A stretch of DNA of 63,036 nt, filler included, from an uncultured archaeon (GTDB taxonomy: Archaea > Nanobdellota > Nanobdellia > Woesearchaeales > CAIVOO01): the NCBI GenBank assembly GCA_903842985.1. It is 5 parts of 5 records of this genome, joined end to end, with 100 filler letters (N's around TTAATTAATTAA, not from the genome) between each part and the next. Parts side by side here need not be neighbours in the genome. Positions count along the whole stretch, not along the records: positions 37,658 to 58,678 come from CAIMOB010000012.1; positions 58,779 to 63,036 come from CAIMOB010000015.1; 3 more parts are not named here. The stretch is one strand, 5' to 3'. Position 1 is the first letter of the stretch; every line of letters starts with the position of its first letter. Both the position numbers and the translations under genes were made by a program. Below the pieces are notes generated by a model that saw only the letters and a list, made by a program, of their open reading frames with translations, ran no database searches and was not told where the DNA came from. Of the stretch, positions 56,235-63,036 are shown piece by piece.

Positions 56235-56411
56235 ATGGCTAAAAAAAGAAGCAACAAGTACAGCAGATGAGGGAGCTTGTTCATCCCAGCAGGAATATTC
56301 ATTGGAATGGGTGTTGGGTTTTTGGTCAATAATTTCCCAGCAGGGCTGTTCATCGGCATGGGATGCGGATTTGCTGCATTTGCATTGTCTGTCTTGATAA
56401 AGAGGAACTGA
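56235..56411 (+). pseudogene. Small Gly-rich two-TM protein gene interrupted by in-frame TGA
   Basis: MAKKRSNKYSR*GSLFIPAGIFIGMGVGFLVNNFPAGLFIGMGCGFAAFALSVLIKRN*; GAGG RBS upstream. Confidence 0.65.
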
Positions 56412-56418
56412 ATTATTT

Positions 56419-56527
56419 GGGCCTGTGGTCTAGAGGCATGACGTCACCTTGACGAGCGGAACAAATCTGAAAAGGTTTGTTTTGTCCAAAATGGTGAAGG
56501 TCGTCGGTTCGATTCCGACCAGGCCCA
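56419..56527 (+). tRNA. tRNA-Val(GAC) with 37-nt intron at 37/38 (56455-56491)
   Basis: Acceptor GGGCCTG/CAGGCCC, anticodon stem TCACC/GGTGA, GGTTCGATTCC; intron hairpin with relaxed BHB. Confidence 0.92.
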
Positions 56528-56654
56528 TCGATTCTTTATTTTAAAGGCCAAGAAGTCATGTATGTGATTCCGATTGCGTCAGCAACTAGGAGTCGCATTA
56601 TTTTTATCAAATTTTTCTAAAAAATTTGCGTTGGTTCGATTCCGACCAGGTCCA
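56503..56654 (+). repeat. 25-bp near-direct repeat of tRNA-Val 3' end (att-like) flanking a 102-bp insert
   Basis: GTCGGTTCGATTCCGACCAGGCCCA (56503-56527) vs GTTGGTTCGATTCCGACCAGGTCCA (56630-56654), 2 mismatches. Confidence 0.85.
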
Positions 56655-57050
56655 CTAAGAATTCTTTGAGGGGATAGATTTTTCTATTTTTATGTTTCCT
56701 TCCCTGTCCGCCGAATAAACTCTTAGTTCAGTGAAGTCAGGAATAAAAGTAACGCCTTTTGGCCTGAAATGAGGGCAGTAATTTCCAACCTCTTTTCCTT
56801 CAATCTGTTCAGGCACTGCTGGTATCGGATTTCCGTCAAGAACTGCTCGATAATATTCATGTTTGTTTTCAAAAGCAAATAGTTCTGCTGGAAACTTTTC
56901 ACCGTAAAGAATAATTGGCTTGCACGATTCTTTTGGTTTTTGCCAGCGGCATTCCCTGCACATTCTTTCAATCTCGCTATCGCCAACTTTGACTGTTTTT
57001 TCTATAAACCAATGTCCCCTTAGTGTATCTTTTTTCATTCTAAAAATCAC
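56655..57050 (-). CDS. Hypothetical Cys-motif protein
   Basis: CREC..C..PAELF..CPHF. Confidence 0.6.
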   Translation of the reverse strand: MIFRMKKDTLRGHWFIEKTVKVGDSEIERMCRECRWQKPKESCKPIILYGEKFPAELFAFENKHEYYRAVLDGNPIPAVPEQIEGKEVGNYCPHFRPKGVTFIPDFTELRVYSADREGNIKIEKSIPSKNS

Positions 57051-58678
57051 TGGATGACATCCAGATTTATTTTCGGATTCCTTCTCCTGACAAGCAGATA
57101 GACAATCAAGCCGAGCATCACAATTGTCGCGCTTATTCCGCCGCCGACATACTTGTTCACCTTTGTTGTTATTGTCTCTCCTGTGACGCTGATTACGCCA
57201 TTATCCTGCTCTACAGCAGGCTGCGGCGCTTCAGGCGTTTGATTTGTTGTTTGAGCAGGCTTTTCTGCAGGCTTCTGCACTGGTTTTGCCTCTGGCTTCT
57301 GAACTATTACAGGCTCCACTTTCTTAGGCTGTATTTCAGGAAGCTTCAGGTCCTTGAATGTCAGGTTTGCGTAGTATTCAATTAAATCATAAGTTCCTTT
57401 ATTTGTTACGTTCTTTGTCAAGTTATTGTATACAATAAACAAGTCACTGTCATTTTTGGTGTCCAGGTTAACCAACACGCTTTCGCCTTTGGCAAACGAT
57501 TCCTTGTCATCTCCGGGGTAAAAACCCATTTCAACACTTATGGTATCAAGTTTTGGGAACTTTAGTGTGTATTCTGTTCCGCTGTAATTAAATTTGACCC
57601 AGTCGTATCTTCCGACATTAATTGTCTGAGGATTTTGCTTTGTGAAATCCAGCACATAGGTTTTCCCAAGTTTATTTATTAATGAGGATACACTAGCACC
57701 ACCGCCACTTCCTCCCTTTTTCTTTGGAGGTGCTGGAAGCGGCGCGTTGACTATGAAGACGGGAGGATTATACCTCACGGACGCTGAAGTCCCGTGCGAG
57801 TCAGTTACAGTAACTCTCATTGTTACATTATGCCCTCCTGCACTGTAGATTCTTGTTACGTCTGAATCATTTATTGTTGCGAAGTTGTTTAGGCCCTCAC
57901 CAGACCATGTGTAGCTAAGTGTTGAATTAGTATCAAACAGTGCTGATGGCGCTGCAGTGAACGTAGCTGTCCACGGAGCCACTTTTGGCGAAACACCGCC
58001 AATTGTAAGATGCACATGCGGCCAGGCAGTTGGATTTGTTATGTTTAATGGTGTATTGTTTGTCGCGTTGTATGTTGTGCCGTTGATTGTTATTGTTCCT
58101 GAATAGATTATGTTGTTTGTAATGTTTGCATTGGTTATTGTCGCATCTGAAATCTGCGAGCTTACAATAACCGAATTGGTAGCATTTACATTTGTCAAGA
58201 TTGAATCAGTTACATTTGTGTTTATAAGATTCGAATCTGTAATTGTTGAGCTGTCGACTATTGAATTGTCAAGTGTTGAATCTGTTATTGTCGAATCATC
58301 TACAGTTGAATCTGTCAAGTTCGAGTCTGTTACGCTTGATCCACCATCTACAACAGAGCCATCAATTATTGAATCAAACACATCAGATACAGTTATGTTT
58401 GAGTTGATTATACCAGAGTTATTCACATGCGAATTTCCTCTTATAACAACTACTCCGAACTCTATGTAATTGTTTGTCACATATCCTGTAGGACCTAGCA
58501 AAAATTTCAATGTTGCAGGCGATGTGACGTTGTGGTATGTATTTCCTGAAATTGCCGGATCATATTCGCACCAACCATATACTGGGCAATCTAGGGTTTC
58601 ATCTGCCAAAGTTTTAAGGGCTGGATTTGTGTTGTATATGATCATGTTGTTGTAAACAACATTTGTCATAACAACGCC
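57047..58678 (-). CDS. Cell-surface glycoprotein, C-terminal part (beta-helix-like repeats, PKD-like domain, Pro-rich stalk, C-terminal TM)
   Basis: DSTIT/DSNLT pentapeptide repeats, SYTWS..VTVTDSHG, PAPPKKKGGSGGG, TM followed by RRR; 5' end cut by linker. Confidence 0.85.
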   Translation of the reverse strand, partial: GVVMTNVVYNNMIIYNTNPALKTLADETLDCPVYGWCEYDPAISGNTYHNVTSPATLKFLLGPTGYVTNNYIEFGVVVIRGNSHVNNSGIINSNITVSDVFDSIIDGSVVDGGSSVTDSNLTDSTVDDSTITDSTLDNSIVDSSTITDSNLINTNVTDSILTNVNATNSVIVSSQISDATITNANITNNIIYSGTITINGTTYNATNNTPLNITNPTAWPHVHLTIGGVSPKVAPWTATFTAAPSALFDTNSTLSYTWSGEGLNNFATINDSDVTRIYSAGGHNVTMRVTVTDSHGTSASVRYNPPVFIVNAPLPAPPKKKGGSGGGASVSSLINKLGKTYVLDFTKQNPQTINVGRYDWVKFNYSGTEYTLKFPKLDTISVEMGFYPGDDKESFAKGESVLVNLDTKNDSDLFIVYNNLTKNVTNKGTYDLIEYYANLTFKDLKLPEIQPKKVEPVIVQKPEAKPVQKPAEKPAQTTNQTPEAPQPAVEQDNGVISVTGETITTKVNKYVGGGISATIVMLGLIVYLLVRRRNPKINLDVIQ

Positions 58679-58778
58679 NNNNNNNNNNNNNNNNNNNNNN
58701 NNNNNNNNNNNNNNNNNNNNNNTTAATTAATTAANNNNNNNNNNNNNNNNNNNNNNNNNNNNNNNNNNNNNNNNNNNN
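58679..58778. other. Artificial contig-join linker
   Basis: N44-TTAATTAATTAA-N44. Confidence 0.98.
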
Positions 58779-58825
58779 CGTAACCTTTTTAAACTGGCGG
58801 ATATTCACACAAAACAGGGGTTATA

Positions 58826-59122
58826 ATGACAGTTTACAAATACAAAAGCGTAATAATAAGCAGGAAAAAGGACAAGAAGAATGATACATTCGGCGCTTTG
58901 ATAGCTCTGTTCAACATAAACGACCCTCACAAATCAGGCAAAGCGCCTGAAGAGGTTCTTGAATACCCAGACATAAAGAACGTGAAGATTTACAACTGCT
59001 CAATCAAATTCCTCCTTGGCGGAAATGACTTGGTCATCAATGACCTAAACGAAGTGGATATTGAAGAGAAGAAGAAAAGGATTTATTTGAAATGCAACCA
59101 GAAATCGAATCCTAGTTTATGA
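58826..59122 (+). CDS. Hypothetical protein
   Basis: 98-aa ORF with GGGG RBS-like element and TATA-like site upstream. Confidence 0.7.
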   Translation: MTVYKYKSVIISRKKDKKNDTFGALIALFNINDPHKSGKAPEEVLEYPDIKNVKIYNCSIKFLLGGNDLVINDLNEVDIEEKKKRIYLKCNQKSNPSL

Positions 59123-59621
59123 GTTTTCCGACCAAACCAGGTCTGATAACATTCGCAACAGCCATGTTTTCTTTGTAATGGATGTGCGGGCGATACGTAG
59201 AAAAGTCGTTATGCATTATTCCTCGCATCTGCCCTGGCTCTTCCAGATCCAATGTCGCCTCTTCATAATTTATAAAAGGAAGTTTGAAGAATGGGACAAA
59301 TCTCTGTTCACTTGTTAATGAATTCTGAAAAAATTCCTTATATTCGCTGAATGGGAGACCCAAAATTCTAATAAATTTTTCTTTGGTTGAAAGACGTTCA
59401 CCATATGGAAATCTTAAAACTGGAACATCAAAAACCAAGAAATGTCCTGTATATCTCCCTGCTTTTTTCTCAAGCGCTTCAATAAGATATTCCTGGGGAG
59501 TTTTGTCTTTTTTCTTCGCTGACTTAATTATGTCTTCTCTTCTTCCTTCCCCCCACATGCCAAGCGATTTCACTGTGCGGGTGATGTCTTTTTGCAACTC
59601 TATATTCAATCCGTGAAGCAT
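59112..59621 (-). CDS. Hypothetical protein
   Basis: Start moved to ATG 59621 (the longer ORF overlaps gpmI); TTTATATA about 23 nt upstream. Confidence 0.65.
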   Translation of the reverse strand: MLHGLNIELQKDITRTVKSLGMWGEGRREDIIKSAKKKDKTPQEYLIEALEKKAGRYTGHFLVFDVPVLRFPYGERLSTKEKFIRILGLPFSEYKEFFQNSLTSEQRFVPFFKLPFINYEEATLDLEEPGQMRGIMHNDFSTYRPHIHYKENMAVANVIRPGLVGKLIN

Positions 59622-59694
59622 GAAAAAGCAGAAGCCACTAAGATATATAAATTTTATGGTTAACTTTTTAAACCCCAAAAATCTTACTTCTACT

Positions 59695-61209
59695 ATGAAG
59701 GCGAAAAAGAGGGTTATGCTGGTTATTCTGGATGGCTGGGGCGCATCCAAAAAGGTATATGGGAATGCAGTGATTGCTGCAAAACCAAAGAACTTTCTCG
59801 ATTACAAGAAAAATTATCCTTACACAGAGCTGTGCGCGTCTGGCGAATGCGTCGGGCTCCTGAAAGGGATAATGGGGAATTCTGAAGTTGGGCACATGCA
59901 CCTTGGTGCAGGAAGATTGATGAAGGAAGAGCTGGTTGATGTGCTTGACTCCATAAAAGACAAATCATTCTTCAAGAACAAAGCGCTTGTAAATGCAATT
60001 GAACGCGCAAGTAAGAAAGGAAAGGCGCTGCACATCATGGGGCTTGCGTCTGACGGCTGCGTCCATTCGCACATCAGGTTTTTGTTTGCAATGCTCGAGC
60101 TGTGCAAGAAAAGGAATTTCAAGAACGTTTATGTTCATATGTTTACAGACGGAAGAGATACGCCGACAACGTCTGGGATAAAATACCTAAAGCAGACTGA
60201 AGCTGAAATGAAAAAGTTAGGCGTCGGTAAAATCGCCACAGTCATCGGAAGATACTATGCAATGGACAGGGACAGAAGATGGCAGAGGACAGAGAGAGCA
60301 TACAATGCGCTGCTTGCGATAAACACGCCAAGGTCAAAGAGCGCAGAAGAGGTAATAACTAATTCCTATAAGCAGAAAATCACAGATGAATTCATACTTC
60401 CAAAAGTAATCGGAGATTTCAACGGCGTCAAGGACGGCGATTCGATTGTTTTCTTCAACATCCGCTCTGACAGGGCAAGGCAGATATCGATGGCTTTTGA
60501 ATTGAAGAAATTTGACCATTTCAAGAGAAAGCAAGTCAATGTAGACCTTGTCGGAATGTGCGAATACAGCCACGACCTGAAAATGCCTGTGGCGTTCCCG
60601 CCAATCCATCCGAAGAATGTGATTGCAGACGTGATTTCGAAAGCAGGCCTGAAGCAGTTCCACACAGCAGAGACAGAGAAATACGCCCACGTTACTTATT
60701 TCTTCAACGGCGGAATAGAGCCACCGAAGAAAGGTGAGGACAGGCTGCTGATTCACAGCCCGAAGGTCGCGACCTATGACTTAAAGCCTGAGATGAGCGC
60801 ATACGAAGTCACAAGCAATTTGCTGAAAAGAATAAACTCAGAAAAATACGATTTCATTGTCATAAATTACGCGAATCCTGACATGGTCGGGCACACAGGA
60901 GTTTTCAAGGCAGTTGTTTCTGCGCTTAAGCACGTTGACAAGCTCCTTGGGCAGATTGTTGAGGCAGCAAGGAAGAAAGGATACATCTGCATCATAACAG
61001 CTGACCATGGCAATGCAGAGAAGATGCTTTACGACAGCGGAGAAGTCTGCACAACGCATACGACAAACCCTGTTCATTTCATTGTCGTTGATGATAAGAA
61101 ATACAAATTAAGGAATAAATGCGCTCTTTACGACGTCGCTCCCACAATTCTGAAGCTGATGGGAATAAAACAGCCGAAGGAGATGAAGGGAAAGAGCATT
61201 ATTGTTTGA
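59695..61209 (+). CDS. gpmI: 2,3-bisphosphoglycerate-independent phosphoglycerate mutase (bacterial-type GpmI)
   Basis: LDGWG, MGNSEVGH, DGRD, GRYYAMDRD, AETEKYAHVT, NPDMVGHTG, ADHGNAE. Confidence 0.97.
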   Translation: MKAKKRVMLVILDGWGASKKVYGNAVIAAKPKNFLDYKKNYPYTELCASGECVGLLKGIMGNSEVGHMHLGAGRLMKEELVDVLDSIKDKSFFKNKALVNAIERASKKGKALHIMGLASDGCVHSHIRFLFAMLELCKKRNFKNVYVHMFTDGRDTPTTSGIKYLKQTEAEMKKLGVGKIATVIGRYYAMDRDRRWQRTERAYNALLAINTPRSKSAEEVITNSYKQKITDEFILPKVIGDFNGVKDGDSIVFFNIRSDRARQISMAFELKKFDHFKRKQVNVDLVGMCEYSHDLKMPVAFPPIHPKNVIADVISKAGLKQFHTAETEKYAHVTYFFNGGIEPPKKGEDRLLIHSPKVATYDLKPEMSAYEVTSNLLKRINSEKYDFIVINYANPDMVGHTGVFKAVVSALKHVDKLLGQIVEAARKKGYICIITADHGNAEKMLYDSGEVCTTHTTNPVHFIVVDDKKYKLRNKCALYDVAPTILKLMGIKQPKEMKGKSIIV

Positions 61210-62209
61210 AGTTTTCTGAAATCTTCTTGTAGACATCGTCTTTAAAGTCAATGTTTACCAGTCTGAAATTTTTGTTCTTTAAATTTGCAATCATTGCCTC
61301 AAGGTCTTCAGCAGCTTCAAATCTTCGGAGGATATTTCCGCCGTCACAAATCTTGCAGCAGAATTTTTTGCCATCCATTTCAAGCTTGATGAATTGAATT
61401 GTTGGGTCATTAAAGTAAAGCAGAGCCAGGTCGCATTGCTCTTTTGTTGCAGCGCCGTGGAACCTGTAGTCTTTTTCCATGAACGGCACACCCTTACCTT
61501 TCACTGTATTTGCAACTATAATCGCAGGCGCATCCTGTTTTTCAGCGTTTGAAACAGCGCAATCTATTTCTTCAAACATGTGGCCGTCAATCTCCTGCAC
61601 ATGCCAGCCATATTCCCGCCATTTCGATGCCAAAGGCGCAACACCCATTATGTCTTTTACAGAACCGTCAAGCTGGAGCTTGTTGCAATCGATAAATCCA
61701 ATCAAGTTTCTTAGCCTGCCCTGCCTGTAAAAGTGCACAGCAGACTCCATTGCTTCCTTTACCATGCCTTCCTGCGACTCGCCGTCCCCCATTAGAAAAA
61801 ATACTTTGTTGTCATTGTCATCAAGCTTGTTTGCCAATGCCAAGCCAACTGCATAGCTTAATCCCTGCCCAAGCGAGCCGCTGGAGCCGATTACGCCAGG
61901 CGTCTTTTCATATGAGGGATGCCCTTCGAGCTTGACAAAGCCTTCGGGAACTTCAAGTTTTCTAAAGTACTTCAGGTTTTCCTTTGTGAAATATCCTTTC
62001 CTTGCAAGCATTGAATAAAGAGTTGGCGCTGCATGGCCTTTTGACAGGTGAAAGCAGTCATTTTCCTTCATTTTATGCGAATACAGATAAACAAGTATTT
62101 CAACGCAGGACAAAGAGCCGCCCGGATGGCCAGAAGCAGCTTCTTTAATCATTTCAATTATCTCGATCCTTGTCTGCTTTGCTATTTCTTCCAGATTTTC
62201 AAATTGCAT
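61199..62209 (-). CDS. Transketolase N-terminal (TPP-binding) subunit with C-terminal extension
   Basis: SGHPGGSLS, LSKGHAAP, GSLGQG, GDGESQEG, NKLQLDG, TVKGKG. Confidence 0.93.
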   Translation of the reverse strand: MQFENLEEIAKQTRIEIIEMIKEAASGHPGGSLSCVEILVYLYSHKMKENDCFHLSKGHAAPTLYSMLARKGYFTKENLKYFRKLEVPEGFVKLEGHPSYEKTPGVIGSSGSLGQGLSYAVGLALANKLDDNDNKVFFLMGDGESQEGMVKEAMESAVHFYRQGRLRNLIGFIDCNKLQLDGSVKDIMGVAPLASKWREYGWHVQEIDGHMFEEIDCAVSNAEKQDAPAIIVANTVKGKGVPFMEKDYRFHGAATKEQCDLALLYFNDPTIQFIKLEMDGKKFCCKICDGGNILRRFEAAEDLEAMIANLKNKNFRLVNIDFKDDVYKKISENFKQ

Positions 62210-62307
62210 TGGTAAAGAATCACCCTTGATTTTAATTAGGCAACTGAAATTTATATACTTTTCCAAAAACCGAAACTAATTTAAATCGCTGAAAACAGAG
62301 GATTTTC

Positions 62308-62973
62308 ATGGAGCTTTCAGAAATAAAATCTAAGATTCCTTCGGAATTGTATTCTGTGCTTGAGAAGGAGAACATTGTAGAATTAAGGCCGAGCCAGGAA
62401 AAATCAGTCAATGCAGGGCTTCTGGAAGGCAAAAGCCTGCTTGTCTGCACGCCGACTGCATCAGGCAAGACATTGATTGCAGAGCTTGCATCATTGAAAT
62501 CAATTCTTGAAGGAAAAGGCAAGGCAATTTACATTGTTCCGCTCAAGGCGCTTGCAAGCGAAAAATTCAAGGAATTTAAAAGAAGATATGAGCATCTGAT
62601 AAAAATAGCGATGTCAATCGGAGACTTGGATTCTGCTGACCCTTACCTGCATAACTATGATTTGATTATCACGACATCTGAAAAATTTGATTCATTAATC
62701 AGGCATAAGGCGCCATGGCTAGATGAAATAAAGACAGTTGTTGCTGACGAAGTGCATCTGTTGAATGACCCAGGCAGAGGCCCAACATTGGAAATTCTGC
62801 TGACAATTCTGAAGCAGATGCTGAAGAATGTCCAGATAATTGCTTTGTCCGCCACAATCGGCAACCCAGAAAAGCTTGCAGGATGGCTTGATGCAACGCT
62901 TGTAATAGACGACTGGCGTCCGGTAGTGCTTCACAAAGGGATTTATATGGATGGCGAAGTTGAGTTTTACTGA
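62308..62973 (+). CDS. Hel308/Ski2-like helicase, RecA1 domain only
   Basis: ELRPSQ, PTASGKT, PLKALASEK, TSEKFDS, DEVH, LSAT, WRPV; stop after 221 aa. Confidence 0.9.
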   Translation: MELSEIKSKIPSELYSVLEKENIVELRPSQEKSVNAGLLEGKSLLVCTPTASGKTLIAELASLKSILEGKGKAIYIVPLKALASEKFKEFKRRYEHLIKIAMSIGDLDSADPYLHNYDLIITTSEKFDSLIRHKAPWLDEIKTVVADEVHLLNDPGRGPTLEILLTILKQMLKNVQIIALSATIGNPEKLAGWLDATLVIDDWRPVVLHKGIYMDGEVEFY

Positions 62974-63035
62974 CGCTCAATAATCTTTTTGTATTTCTCA
63001 ACCATTCCGTTGTGCATTGCAAGAATCTCTTTTTT
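62967..63035 (-). CDS. 3' end of a convergent gene entering from the window edge
   Basis: Manual translation ...KKEILAMHNGMVEKYKKIIERQ*. Confidence 0.5.
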   Translation of the reverse strand, partial: KKEILAMHNGMVEKYKKIIERQ

Positions 63036-63036
63036 C

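Noticed and set aside
56268..56270. Selenocysteine or genome-wide TGA recoding
   Set aside because: TGA terminates many ordinary genes here, often as ATGA overlaps; no redox-motif context or evident SECIS.
56630..56654. Split or permuted tRNA half
   Set aside because: Only the T-arm and acceptor 3' strand are copied, with no anticodon half, BHB flank or complementary leader; treated as an att-like duplication.
87..63022. Many ORFs antisense to or nested in recognised genes (for example 2635-3228, 14619-15233, 39040-39723, 50586-51347, 53364-54182)
   Set aside because: Shadow frames of well-supported genes with no recognisable motifs.
1..63036. CRISPR array, cas genes, integrase, transposase or rRNA
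   Set aside because: No regularly spaced repeat-spacer series and no recognisable motifs for these were seen.

Overview
Archaeal DNA, most consistent with a DPANN (Woesearchaeota-like) metagenome-assembled genome; the taxonomy is inferred from gene content. The window is five contigs joined by artificial N44-TTAATTAATTAA-N44 linkers (5858-5957, 32004-32103, 37558-37657, 58679-58778), so adjacency across a linker is meaningless. Core content: MetRS, IleRS, the rpl29-rpl19e ribosomal block, rpl15e, TBP, MCM, RPA, PolD DP1/DP2, Orc1/Cdc6, class II RNR, AMP phosphorylase, a Ca2+-type P-ATPase, sugar-phosphate enzymes, large surface proteins and three tRNAs (Trp and Val with introns, Ser). Most notable observations: (1) an identical 21-bp palindrome at identical promoter geometry in front of mcm and an unrelated small-gene pair; (2) a nine-gene HTH-iscS-iscU-lgt-iorA-iorB-trx-thiI*-ttuA run with a catalytically degenerate ThiI and a bacterial-type Lgt; (3) a vapBC locus with a third ORF made of two copies of the antitoxin C-terminal motif; (4) a three-way-junction leader before rpl15e; (5) a minimal C/D guide in the tRNA-Trp intron; (6) tRNA 3'-end duplications enclosing hairpin mini-inserts; (7) a Hel308 reduced to one RecA domain. 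All calls were made by eye from motifs; no database searches or folding programs were run.
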